This document shows positions 12,260-26,386 of a stretch of 64,000 nucleotides of DNA, piece by piece; the stretch's first letter is position 1, and each line of letters begins with the position of its first letter. The DNA is from Selaginella moellendorffii (lineage: Eukaryota > Plantae > Lycopodiophyta). The stretch is from contig NW_003314264.1 in the NCBI RefSeq assembly GCF_000143415.4, positions 4,081,229 through 4,145,228 of the forward strand, given 5' to 3'. Made by a program: the position numbers and the translations under genes. A model generated the notes under the pieces. That model saw nothing but the letters and a program-made list of their open reading frames with translations. It was not told where the DNA came from and ran no database searches.

Positions 12260-13033
12260 ATGATGGCTAGGGTTGGGAGAGCCGATGCGCTCGCCGCCCA
12301 GCGCGAGGGGATCTCCAGCCTGAGCAGCGTGATCAGGGATCACCGGATGGCAATGGGAAGCACCAGCCGGCGGGACAGGCTCCTGGGCGTGAATTCCTCG
12401 CTGGATTTCAATGGGAGCTCGAGCGAAGCTAGCGAATTCAAGGAAGAGGATGTCTGGGGGATTGTTCCAGCGGCGGTGGAGCGCAGCAAATCCTCGCTGA
12501 GCTTGGAGGACGTGGTGTCGGATCACCATTCCACCTCCAGCTTGGTGGGATCGTCGGGCAAGCGCGGCCTTGCGCTGGATTACTCCTCTGGAGCTCTCGG
12601 CCTCTCCTCGATCGCTCGCAGCAGCTCCACTGCTTCTTCCGGCGGTGGAGGCGGGCGAGTGACATCGGCGTCGAGGATGATCCCGCAGAGGGTGGCGGGC
12701 TCCGGTGTTGGTGGCGGCGGCGGCGGAAAGGCGGCGATCCAGCACCAATCCGCGCCAGTGAACGTCCTGGACTGGTCGAGGATCCTCGGCAGCAAGAACA
12801 AGGATCGCTCCTCCGGCAATTTTGGAGAGGATGGAACCGCTGGTGGCGTGGTCGACGATCTAGAGGATGATGAAGACGAGAATTTCTCGGTGGAGAAGCT
12901 CCCTCCTCACGAGCTCGTCGCGAGGAGCCAGACCACCACCTTCTCGGTATTCGAGGGCGCCGGGAGGACGCTCAAAGGCCGGGATTTGAGCCGCGTGAGG
13001 AATGCCGTGCTCAAGCAAACGGGCTTCCTCTAG
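12260..13033 (+). CDS. S40: Senescence regulator S40 family (DUF584), single exon
   Basis: EFKEEDVW, QSAPVNVLDW, PPHELVAR and C-terminal SVFEGAGRTLKGRDLSRVRNAVLKQTGFL. Confidence 0.92.
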   Translation: MMARVGRADALAAQREGISSLSSVIRDHRMAMGSTSRRDRLLGVNSSLDFNGSSSEASEFKEEDVWGIVPAAVERSKSSLSLEDVVSDHHSTSSLVGSSGKRGLALDYSSGALGLSSIARSSSTASSGGGGGRVTSASRMIPQRVAGSGVGGGGGGKAAIQHQSAPVNVLDWSRILGSKNKDRSSGNFGEDGTAGGVVDDLEDDEDENFSVEKLPPHELVARSQTTTFSVFEGAGRTLKGRDLSRVRNAVLKQTGFL

Positions 13034-13297
13034 ACCTCTTCCTCCATCGCCCAAGAACACAAGAAAAAAAAAAAAAAAAAACCCGAAAACAAGAGAAGAA
13101 AACAAACAAAAAGAATTGGAGCTGTCTAGAGCTCATCGATAATTCATCGTTTTTTGAGAGATCAATCTCATCAATGATTTCAATCACACAAGATTTACAT
13201 TCTATCCTTATTTGCCATGTCAGAAGAGATTGGAACCAATTCCTTTTGGATTTCTGGCTGGCACTGGCGAAAGCAAGATCCTCCACGGAACCTCGAC

Positions 13298-13402
13298 GAA
13301 TATTCTGATTCTCGAATATGCTTGGACAGGAATATGCCCGACACGGGAAATGCGCGTGAATATACAGGTAGCATGTTGGTGGCATATGCCGTCGGAATAT
13401 TT
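13298..13402. promoter_or_regulatory. Cluster of 5 perfect P1BS (GNATATNC) elements plus one near match, upstream of NADP-ME
   Basis: GAATATTC 13298, GAATATGC 13314, GAATATGC 13330, GAATATAC 13358, GCATATGC 13382 and GAATATTT 13395. Confidence 0.75.
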
Positions 13403-13742
13403 TTGGCCGGGCTGCGTTTCCCGCCCACGATAATAGCGCGTTGTACTTTTTGGAAGAAGGTAGCGGCGTTACCTAGTTGACGGAGACCACTGTGCTGTGA
13501 GTGTAAAAGATTTTCTTCGTCTCCACAGAAGCTTCTCTCTTCTCTGCGCTTTGGCCGCCGTCGTTGACGCCCGGGCTGGGGTTTTTGGTCGCGACGCCGC
13601 GGCTTGATCCCCTTAAAGTGCGATCTCTGTGCGCTCTGGGGCGGCAAGATCCCCTTCTTGTGGATCCATCGATCGATAAATTTCCAGCGCTTGCCTTGGA
13701 TCGCATTGCATTGTGCTTCTTGTGCTTGATTTTGATTCGGCA

Positions 13743-16548
<2,806 letters not shown>

Positions 16549-17846
16549 TAAACCATGAAACGTATCACACTTTCCCTGCACTTATATAGAACGGGGAAAT
16601 TTTATCATGTGATTTTCTTATGAACCATAGTAAATCCTGAGGTGTGATTTTTATCTGGAGGAAGCTCAAGCGTATAGTAGTAAATGTTACAGTACACATC
16701 CGATGAGCGTGTGTGTTGTACTTTTGTTTTTCTTACCACAACGGTAACTAAGTAACGGGTGAAATGGAGCTAGATCTCCAATGATCTAGTTTTACATTCT
16801 TTTCTCACACACCACACCACACTTGAGTGTCGGGTTCAATTCCTTTGCACGCAACATAGAGACGTTGACACTAAATTGCACACAGACACCACTTCCGTGC
16901 GCTCTTTTCTTTCTGTGATGCAGTGTTTCGTACTTTGTGACTTGACCTCTGGGCGATAAGCTAAGCTCCATCGATTAAACGCCAAAAAAAGAGAGAGAGA
17001 GAGCTCTGTTTCTGGCTGTTACATTCTTTCTTTCGAGGTTCTTCGTTGGGATTCATCATAGCTTCGACTTCTTCTTCTTCTTCTTCTCCTGCTAGATCTG
17101 TGCTTTGCTCTTTCATCTTCTTACGCTTTCCACAAGAGTGGACGAAAGGGTGATTGCGATCACTGCCGGCCGCTACATCTTTTCCTCCTTTTTCTTCTTT
17201 GCCGCTTGCAATCACTCCTCGCTCGCGCGCCTAGAGACGCAGCTCATCGAGCACGGCAACATGAGTGCTCCACCCGCAGTGGACTCCAACCGGACGAGAT
17301 GAAACCAAGAGTTACCTCGCATCGGCAGCAAGAAAATCACCGCGCGGAGATCCAGGGGCGATCAGTATAAGTAAGCTTTGCTGTGATCTTGTCCATCTCT
17401 GTGCCTGCGTGTGCGTTCCTTGTCTTGCAGCGGCTTCCCATAACCGGGCTTGAGATCCATCGCGAGAGGGGAAAGCTGGCTGCCGCTCGGAGGAAGAAGG
17501 CGGCACCGCAGTCGAGGAGCAAAGCCTCTGTTTCTTTAATCTTCTGTGAAGGTACATTTTTGTTTCTGCATTGGATTCCTTTGCCTGTCTGCCTGTGAGA
17601 GCTGCAATACGTGCTTTCAAAGAGACCTCAAGGCTGGACAGCAGTCTCTCTTCCAGAGTGAAGCGAAGATATGATACTCTGCTTTGTTGGTTCTTGTTGT
17701 TTCTCTCTATGCCTCTTCCTAGGCTCGATGCCGAGGGACGTACCAAGGTGAGAAGCGCGAGAGAACCAAGCGTGTGCTGCTAGAAGCTGTGCAATCGCCG
17801 GGAGGTTCGTGTCTCTTTTAAGTGATCTCCGAAACGTCTTTCGAGG

Positions 17847-19151
17847 ATGACTACCTGCAGAGAAGAAATGGCAGTAGCAGCCCACCTTCTAGATTCACCG
17901 GGGAGGAAATCCAGGCAACCAGGTGCAGCACAGACAAAGATTCTAGTAGCGTTTCTTCACATGACTTCCATTCTGGTCCAGCAAACATCGGCTCTCCTGT
18001 GGCTGGACTCGTTGGAAGTTCGGGCTCTAAACGACATCCGGAGCAGCCTCCGCGACCTCCCTGGCTCGAACTTCCTGGCGAGCTGGGATTTCTCGCACGA
18101 CCCCTGCAGCAGCTTCAAGGGGGTGGTGTGCTGGTCGATCGGAGGCGTCAACCACGTAACCATGCTCAGCCTTGGCAGCGGGATCGCAGGGACTCCGGGA
18201 CTAGCAGGAACTCTGAGCCCATCGCTGGGGAAGCTCACGTACCTCCGGAGCTTGGCGCTCGTCCCGGGACAAGTCCACGGTTGCATCCCAGACAGCATCG
18301 CCGGCCTCAAGGACCTCCAGTTCATCGGCCTCGCCAACAATCGCCTCTCGGGCTCGCTCCCATCGTCCTTCTCCGAGCTGTGCAGCGTCCAAGGCTTGGA
18401 CGTGAGCTACAACGCTTTGACGGGGAGTCTACCGGAGGGGGTGGCGAAGCTCCCGAATCTCAACACGCTGACGCTCTCGCACAACTCCATGTCGGGTGCG
18501 CTGCCGCTCTTCTCGGCCCCGCTAATCCACCTCGACCTCCAGAGGAACGGCTTCACGGGGCCGATCCCCTCGCTGCCAGGAACTCTGGAGTATCTATCGC
18601 TTGCTAAGAACTGCCTCACGGGGACGATCCAGGGGATGGCTACCCTGCAGCGCCTGGCGTTCCTCGACCTGAGCTTCAACCAGTTCACCGGAGGCATCCC
18701 ACCAGAGATCTTCGGCTTCCGGATCAGCAACCTCCTCCTCCAGCGCAACCAGCTCTCGGGGCCGGTCCAGGTTCTAACATCGCCCTCCAGGCATGCAACC
18801 ACGTCCTTCACAGGCATCCCAGCGATGGTAGATCTCAGCTACAATTGCCTCACGGGGCAGGCTCCCGCGGGGCTGGCATTCGCGCAGAAGCTCTTCCTCA
18901 ACAACAATCGCTTCTCCGGGGCGGTGCCGCAGGAGTTTGTGGACGCCATGGTGTTCGGGGACCTCCAGGTCTTGTACCTCCAGCACAACTACATCGCCAA
19001 CATCAACCTGGCGTCCACCATCCCGCTGCCAACTACATGCACATTTTGCATCCAGTACAATTGCCTCAGCCCGCCGCAGCAGTCGTCGTGTCCATTCAAC
19101 GTCGGGAGACAAGCGTCCAGGCCGATGACCCAGTGCTCCACCTTCCACTGA
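17847..19151 (+). CDS. Extracellular leucine-rich-repeat protein without TM or kinase domain (At1g03440/At4g03010-like), single coding exon; true start may be 17868 or later
   Basis: LRRNT cap DLPGSNFLASWDFSHDPC, plant LRRs LxxLDLSxNxxxGxIP, and Cys-rich C-terminal cap CIQYNCL...CP...RPMTQC. Confidence 0.9.
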   Translation: MTTCREEMAVAAHLLDSPGRKSRQPGAAQTKILVAFLHMTSILVQQTSALLWLDSLEVRALNDIRSSLRDLPGSNFLASWDFSHDPCSSFKGVVCWSIGGVNHVTMLSLGSGIAGTPGLAGTLSPSLGKLTYLRSLALVPGQVHGCIPDSIAGLKDLQFIGLANNRLSGSLPSSFSELCSVQGLDVSYNALTGSLPEGVAKLPNLNTLTLSHNSMSGALPLFSAPLIHLDLQRNGFTGPIPSLPGTLEYLSLAKNCLTGTIQGMATLQRLAFLDLSFNQFTGGIPPEIFGFRISNLLLQRNQLSGPVQVLTSPSRHATTSFTGIPAMVDLSYNCLTGQAPAGLAFAQKLFLNNNRFSGAVPQEFVDAMVFGDLQVLYLQHNYIANINLASTIPLPTTCTFCIQYNCLSPPQQSSCPFNVGRQASRPMTQCSTFH

Positions 19152-19249
19152 GACCATGTAATTGCCATATAGAAAAAAAGGCTTTACGAAAGTGGTGGCA
19201 ATAAATTGTAACTCTTAGATTGAACCGTGGAATTAGAACTCAAAGCAAC

Positions 19250-21400
19250 TACAAAGTAGTAAACTCAATTAAGTTTGTATGTAAGCTGAGTTTGTATTCA
19301 ACTGGAGCCACTCCTTGAAAAAATTGTGCTCCAAACAAGCAACATTACATTAGATCTCAAAATGTCCATGCAACTCCTCATACCATTTTTTCTGCTAGCT
19401 TATCCAACTCCTAGATAACCACACACTTTGAAGAATGCATCACTAAAGCCAAGGATGGATCAATCCATATATCTAAATAGTTAACATATATCAGACAGAC
19501 ACGATGTATGTCTTATGGAAGAAGAAGAATTTGAAGCACATTGCAGCAACAATAGATATTACAAACTTTTGCTTTACACCAGTGAATAGCCAAGATTGAA
19601 AGCCTGTAGGAGCACCAAGTATATGATGATAGTGTGTTTCAAATGTAGATATTGAATTCAAAGCTAACTCTAAAAACTTGTTCAAAACCACTATTCTTTC
19701 TTCCTTTGTTATCACTTGATCTTTTCCTATAAGGCCATAAGATAAGAAGCCATATGATCTTTCTATCTAGCTCACCATTTCAAAACTAGCAAATTCCATA
19801 TACTAGTCCCCAAGAGGCTGTCTATTGGGATGTTGTAGAGGACACTTATGGCTTAGCCAAGTGTTTCAAAAGAGGTAAAATATGGCATTTAGGATTGCTA
19901 AAATGCTCAAAACTTAAAACTTTTGTGGTTCTTATATTGATAAACTGTAAGACACAAATCCATAAGTCTCAAAATAGAGTTAATATGGGAGGAAGTATAA
20001 CACATTTAAATTAAAATCTCTAGCTTAAAAAGTTTAAAATGGGAGTGAAATTTCTAAAGAAGTGCTCAAAGAATGAGTATGAATTGATTAATAGATGAAT
20101 CTTTAGAAAAAGGATAATAAATAAGTCTTTAGATTAACACGTGGCAAGTATAGTGATATGAGATTAAAATTCTAGAACCCAAAAACTTGAAATAAAGCAA
20201 TGTCAACATCTCAGTGTACCAGAAAACCAAGTGTTTAAAATGTCAAAGGCCAAACATATTCAAGGTTCAATATATTTGGATTTATAGTGGGGTGAAATAC
20301 TAAAGCAATCATTTCTCAAACCCTAGGGGGTTTAGTAGAAAGAAAATTCAAAAGGAATTATACCCGGGAAGTAATATAAACATTAAAGAACATAACTAAA
20401 TTGAAGATAGACAAGTGGAATGACTTAGAGAAATATTCAAAAGTTGACTCTAGCTATTGGGATATTAAATGGTCAATATTTTTAATTCAAATGTGGGTGG
20501 CATTATTTATTAGGATACTTTGTGTTTTATTGAAACTTTGCTCTAGCCATGTGGCTAAAACACTCTAATGGTGAAAAGTGGGGAAAGTACTCACAAAACT
20601 TGAATTATGCTGTAATGTTTCGAAATGCATCCCAAAATCTCTAAAATCCTAAAGATTAGTGGGTTTACTAAACAGGCTTCAAAACCCTAATTTAGTGTCA
20701 ATGTTGGTAAACACTACTATGTATGAAGAATAAAGGACATTAAAGGGTGGTATTCCCCATGGACAAATGGTTTAGTCTTGAGGAGACAGGATTATAAATA
20801 GTTTTGGAATAGCATAAGAGGTTAGTATGTTAATGCTACCTTAGATACATAAAATACATAAAATACAAAGTTAGTGCGGTTTTGAAATCACCTAGGGTTA
20901 CCTCAAATTGGGATGAAGACTTATTAAGGTTGATTGAGACTCTTCCAGGTGGTCAAAAGTATGATTAATTGACTTAAAGCTACTCAATGGCCAAGGATGA
21001 AATCCTGTTGATTATGAATATTAGCATTAAATCTTGATTACAAATGGATAGAGAATATTTTAATAGGAGAAAACCACACCTTATAAGATCCATATCATTT
21101 ATATAAGGTGTGACCAAGTGGATAGGAATATATCCTAAAACTTGGTTAGGTATAGTAATATTTATAAAATGTAATTATTAAGGTAAAATATTTCATCATG
21201 TTACTAAAGAAAATAAGAATAACTTCTCAATGGGGAATGGCTTTGTGGCAAGGATAACATTTGAAGATTTGTCCAGTTGGGATATTTATCTATTATTTCA
21301 CAATAGAAAGAGCACCAAGAGTATCCACTTTTTATTCAGTTTAGAGTTGTTAGTGTGACAAATAATACAACAATGCTAGGACAAGAGTTTGAGGCCACTG
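19250..21400 (+). mobile_element. Highly degenerate AT-rich TE remnant, possibly LINE/L1-derived
   Basis: CG dinucleotides are nearly absent and there is no ORF. 19450-19590 is homologous to the reverse complement of 23555-23700, which reads WINVQ..(R)LDRMYV, like the end of an L1 endonuclease. Weak RGCLL and GGL relics lie further on. Confidence 0.35.
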
Positions 21401-22380
21401 TAAGAATATTTATATTTTTTTAGAGCCTAGACTAACTGGAATTGTAGCTTAGCTCTAGAGTTAGAGAAACTAACTGGTTTCATTAAACTGCAGGTCAAAA
21501 AACACTAATAGGTAGTGTGGCTCACTTTTCTTGATCCCTTCCTCTCTTTAACTAACTTTTTCAGCTTGCCCCCTTTTCTCTGTTTTTCTTCTTTGGAGAT
21601 ATTACGACTAACCAGATTGCAGGCCACAATCTTGGTAGTAGATGCTACTGTAGATATCCATTCCCTACAACAAGAGAAATGTGTTACAAAGCAAGTAGTC
21701 TCCGCTAAAATTCCTAGAAATCAAGTCAAGCTTTCTCTATTGTTCTAAAAGGATTTCCTGTAATGCATTCTTTTGACACAATTAAACAGGATGTGATTAA
21801 TGCTAATACATTTACTGAGCTATTGATAGATTAAATGCAACTCCAACTTCTAACTCAGTGGATATCTCACATTGTCTAGAAATGTACTTTCTTATTTCTT
21901 ATTGTATAAGAAAGAAAACTAAGTGGAGACTGGTTTTGTTCGTGGAGAAAATATGGAGCTTGGTCGTGATTCTGACATATGGGGCCAGGTGAAACAAAAA
22001 CTTTGTTTATTCTTCTCTAGTTTTGACTTGTGAATCGTATAGGTGAAATATATCTTCAAGTTCATGAGAGCTCTGGCTTTGATGCTGGAAGTCTACCATG
22101 TTGATTTGCTCTCCACTTCCAACATTTGAGTTAAAGGTTGAGCTCATCAGCTTGAATGTTACTATTATTCAAACCAGCTTGGACAGTGATGAGAACCAGT
22201 TGAGACAACCGTTTTAGTTGGAATTTTACTTGCATTTGTTTCTCATTAAAAGCAAAGGCAAGCACAAAGATTTCGAAGTAGAATGAGAAAGTTTTAAAAG
22301 GACTAGCTTATGGCTAGGAGAATAAATCTCTACAATGTTGCGTCGGATGTCTGCAATTGCAAGTAACTTCTTGGCAAAGT

Positions 22381-23379
22381 CCTCTGTTTCTTTAATCTTC
22401 TGCGAAGCATTCTTGTTTCTGCATTGGATTCCTTTGCATGTCTATCTGTGAGAACTCTAATGCGTGCATTCAAAGAGACCTCAAGGCTGGATAGCTCTCT
22501 CTTCCAGAGTGAAGTGAAGATATGCTACTCTGCTTTGTTGGTTCTTGTTGTTTGCCTCTTCCTAGTCTTAATGCCAAGGGATGTACCAAGGTGAGAAGCG
22601 CAAGAGAACCAAGCGTGTGCTGCTAGAAGCTATGCAATCACCAGGAGGTTCGTATCTCTTTAATCGATCTCTGAAGAGGACAAATACCTGCAGAGAAGAA
22701 ATGGCAGTAGCAGCACATCTTCTGGATCCACCGGGGAGGAAATCCAGGCAACCAGGTGCAGCACAGCAAAGTTTCTAGTAGCGTTTCTTCACATGACTTC
22801 CATTCTGGTCCAGCAAACATCGGCTCTCCTGTGGCTGGACTCGTTGGAAGTTTCGGCTCTAAGCGACATCCGGAGCAGCCTCCACGATCTCCCCGGCTCG
22901 AACTTCCTGGCGAGCTGGGATTTCTCGCACGACCCCCTGCAGCAGCTTAAACGGGGTGGTGTGAGGCGTCAACCACGTAACCATGCTCAGCCTTGGCAGC
23001 GGGATCCCGGACTAGCAGGAACTCTGAGCCCATCGCTGGGGAAGCTCACGTATGAGGAGCTTGGCTCTCGTCTCGGGCCAGTTTTGCATCCCAGACAGCA
23101 TCGCCGGCCTCAAGGACCTCCAGTTCATCGGCCTCACCAGTAATTGTCTCTCTGACTCGCTGGCATGGTCCTTCTCCGAGTTGTGCAGCATCCAAAGCAT
23201 GGACTTGAGCTTTGACAGGGAGTCCACCGGAGGTGAAGCTCCCGAATCTCAACACGCTGACGCTCTCGCACAACTCCATGTCAGGTGCGCTGCCACTCTT
23301 CTCGGCCCTGCTCATCCACCTCGACCATCTAACGCTGGCCACAGGGACGATGCAGGCGTTTCTCGACCTGAGCTTCAAC
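22381..23379 (+). pseudogene. Truncated, deletion-riddled duplicate of the LRR gene, including its upstream region (copy of about 17525-18680)
   Basis: Near-identical to 17525 onward (CCTCTGTTTCTTTAATCTTCTG...), with frameshifting deletions. Ends at GACCTGAGCTTCAAC. Confidence 0.92.
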
Positions 23380-23499
23380 TAATTATTAAAGTTTGCGTTA
23401 CTTATAGAAAATAAGAATACTAATCAGAGATAGGGTTTCACGGTTATCTACGCTCTGGGCGCACAGGAAGAGATCGAGGGAAGAAATCTCTAGAAATAA

Positions 23500-23950
23500 T
23501 AGTGGTTGTGGAGAGATCCATGCTCAAGCTTTAATCAACATGGGTGCTGGAATGGGGCTGTTCAACAGTCCAAAGCAGAAGTTCGTAACTTGAGGCCGGT
23601 AGCATCCATTGCAGCCACAACGTTCTTCAAGTTGTTTTTGCATAACACATACATCCTGTCTAGCTGCTATTTTGATCTGCACATTGATCCATCCTTGCAG
23701 TTTTGTTATTTTGAGGTGGAAAGAAAGGATGATGCACTTCTAGGCGTGTATTTAAATTTGAAGCTCCTCTCCAATCTTGCAAATTTTTGCCATGATTTTG
23801 TCCTCGGCCATGAGTAGCTTTAGGTGTGTTTTGTCAATGCAGGGAGTGCAAAAGCTTTAGGTGTTGAGCATCTCAGCAATCTTGGATGCCATCTACTGCC
23901 TTTTTGGAAAAAAATGTCCAGCGCTGGAAAATTCTCCCACTAAAAAAGTG
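23500..23950 (-). mobile_element. Fragment related to the degenerate element at about 19450 (putative LINE endonuclease remnant)
   Basis: Shares CAAGGATGGATCAAT and GATGTATGT blocks with 19450-19590 in inverted orientation. Confidence 0.3.
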
Positions 23951-24199
23951 AGATTTTTCTGACAAAGTGTATATTAGATACTTAAATTATTTGATGCTCC
24001 TATGACCGGAGAAGGAGACCAAATGCCATTGTTCATATTTGCAAATTATCTCTGGTTAGAACATTTTAACTTTGTGGTGGTTAAAACCATTTTACCCGGA
24101 CAAAACTATCCCAATCTTCCAAGTCCAAAGATAACTGGGAGAGTCTTACACCCGTGTCTCACGTGCCAAGATCGAGAAGAAAAGGTCGCATCGCCTATA

Positions 24200-24595
24200 A
24201 AAGATATATCCAGCGGTCTTACCGGAAGGAAGTCGTGTTTCTGAGCTAGTTGACGACGAGGGCCTCTCGCCAGTCCCGGTCTTGGCCTTTGCTCCTCGCA
24301 AAGTCCTCACGGTAGGAATTAACTCCCGATTGGTCCTTCCAGATGCCTCTGAGTTTCTCGTTTGCAGCGTTGGAAGGTCTCTTCTTGTCGAGAGGGAGAT
24401 CAAAAAACTCGCGCGCCAGGTCGATGCTTTGGACGCTGGACGCTGGAACTCCATGGTTTGTAGCCTGAAAATGTGTAAAAATCCTGTCGATAGAATGTAA
24501 GTACTATCGGTCACCGCCTTGATTGTCTCACAGCGTTCGCCACTAAAATCAATCACTGGAATTGCCGGGTCAAGTTTGGCTTGCGACGCTGCCAT
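24200..24595 (-). pseudogene. 5' fragment of a divergent 2OG-Fe(II) dioxygenase
   Basis: MAASQAKLDPAIPVIDFSG followed by ATNHGVP...AREFFDLP...DWRE in a different frame. The WGFFQ segment and intron donor are missing, there is an in-frame stop, and no catalytic half. Confidence 0.75.
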
Positions 24596-24800
24596 AACTC
24601 GAGTAATTCACGCCTGCGACGTTGTAGATGTTTGAGAGGAGAAACAATGTCTTATATAGAAGTCTGTCCACAACTCAAAACGCCCAGAAAACTGAAGCCT
24701 CAAACAATGCCATGCAGAGCAAACAAAGTCTTTAGTCTTCCTACGCAAACTTCCAACTTCTTAAAAGACAGATTATTATATGTTCATGGCATTGTTCTTC

Positions 24801-26018
24801 TCAAACTTTAGCACGGTCGAGCTTAACATAGTCCAAGCTCCTTTTGCCATCAAGCCCGTTGGCGTAGAACTGGGTCAAATAGTCTTTGGTGGCGCATTCC
24901 CTGTAGAGAGGAGGATTTTCTTCGCTTACCATCTCTGGCAGGGGGCCGACCACTGTGTCCATTCCAGGCCCAAAAAACGCAACCACGGACAATCTCGACT
25001 TCTCAGGGTGTGCTCGAACTCGGTGCTCGGCGCTCTTGTATTTTGCATTCGTCATTATCTGGAAACTTAGATCCTCAGCAATGGTATTGGGAAAAAAAGA
25101 AGGAAATTTACCTGTAACTGATCAGCAATGTTGACGACGAAGGCATATTTCACTGGCTTTACCGCAAACCATCGACCATCTTTGCAAACTTCCAGTCCCC
25201 CAACATCGTCTTGGATGAGGATGCTGATAGCACGGGGGTCCGAGTGAGCCGACACGCCCTTGACGAGCTCCGGTGTGTGGTATGGAAGGTAGTAGTTCAT
25301 GATGCATATGATCTTCTCGCCCATTACCTTAAGATCGTAACTATTCTCCAAGCCAAGGCCCTTGGAAATATTATCGAGCAAGCAGTGTCCAAAGGCTGAG
25401 ACCTGGTCATGGTACTCTTTCATCACTTCCCTGTTGCATCAATTTTGATTCAAGGACTTTTACGCAAGAAAAAACTTTACCTGAAGTAACTCGGTGACTC
25501 TGGCCAAATGTCCTCCTGTTGAGCAAGACTATAGTCCAGCCTGAGGAAATACTTTAAGTCGATTGGTTTCGCGTCTTTCCTGTTGTTAAATCCAGAGCCA
25601 TATCTATTGAAATGCCATGAGATTCTTGTTAGTTTTTATCTTTTATCTTTCTCTACCTGTATGCTTCAGATGGATCGTCACTGAGTTTATTCCCCAATGA
25701 ATTATAGGCTTCATTCTCCTCTGATGTCTGATTGAAAATTTCTTTGGCTAGTTTGAGGACATTTTTCATACTAGCAATTGGAACACCATGATTTATTGCC
25801 TAGACAAGAGGGACAATTGCAAGAGATAAAATGAAGAATCTTTTCCCTACCTGGAAAAAACCCCATTCTTGGCAAGCCCAAGCTATAGCATCTACTATAT
25901 ACTTGGGATCACCAGAGAAATCAATTATTGGAACTTGAGAATCATCAAGAACTTCTGCCTCTTGAAACCTATCTTTCAGATCTTGGAGATAATTCTCTTC
26001 TGGTGCAACTCTAGCCAT
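24801..26018 (-). CDS. 2OG-Fe(II) dioxygenase (DOXC-like), intact, 336 aa (exons 26018-25851, 25799-25657, 25603-25481, 25430-25112, 25058-24801)
   Basis: VPIIDF, ACQEWGFFQAINHGVP, the H-S-D...H facial triad (AHSDP, SAEHRV) and the RLS 2OG-binding motif. All four GT-AG introns keep the frame. Confidence 0.92.
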
Positions 26019-26214
26019 ATCCAAAGTGAAATAATCTGTGTGCAAGTGTGGATAACGGCTATGGGAGTGTCAGCAAGGAAGATAGGCAATAATTGTTACA
26101 ATATTAGGGATTAAGTTATTTCAGTTTATGTATAAGATAAAAGTATGCAATTATGAAATTGAGTTCAGTTATAATCATATATTAAATATGATAAAAAATG
26201 AATCTAATTCATAC

Positions 26215-26386
26215 GAGTGCTTGGAATATAGAAAGGGAATATAGAAATGTGCATATCAATTAGCCCAAAAATCCTAATTTATATACAAGAGTGAGTGGTC
26301 CAGATTGAAACCAATTCGACAGCTACTAAAATCCCATTACGCTAATATTAGTATATAGCATTGTAGCCATACACTTGGCCCTCACA
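26215..26386 (-). repeat. Gypsy 3' LTR, truncated to about 170 bp
   Basis: Starts TGTGAGGGCCAAGTG at 26386 (minus) and aligns with 31190-31021. Confidence 0.85.

Noticed and set aside
21480-22370. Exon-like segments with AG/GT borders
   Set aside because: They contain stops and I cannot assign a parent gene; possibly a captured fragment, but unsupported.
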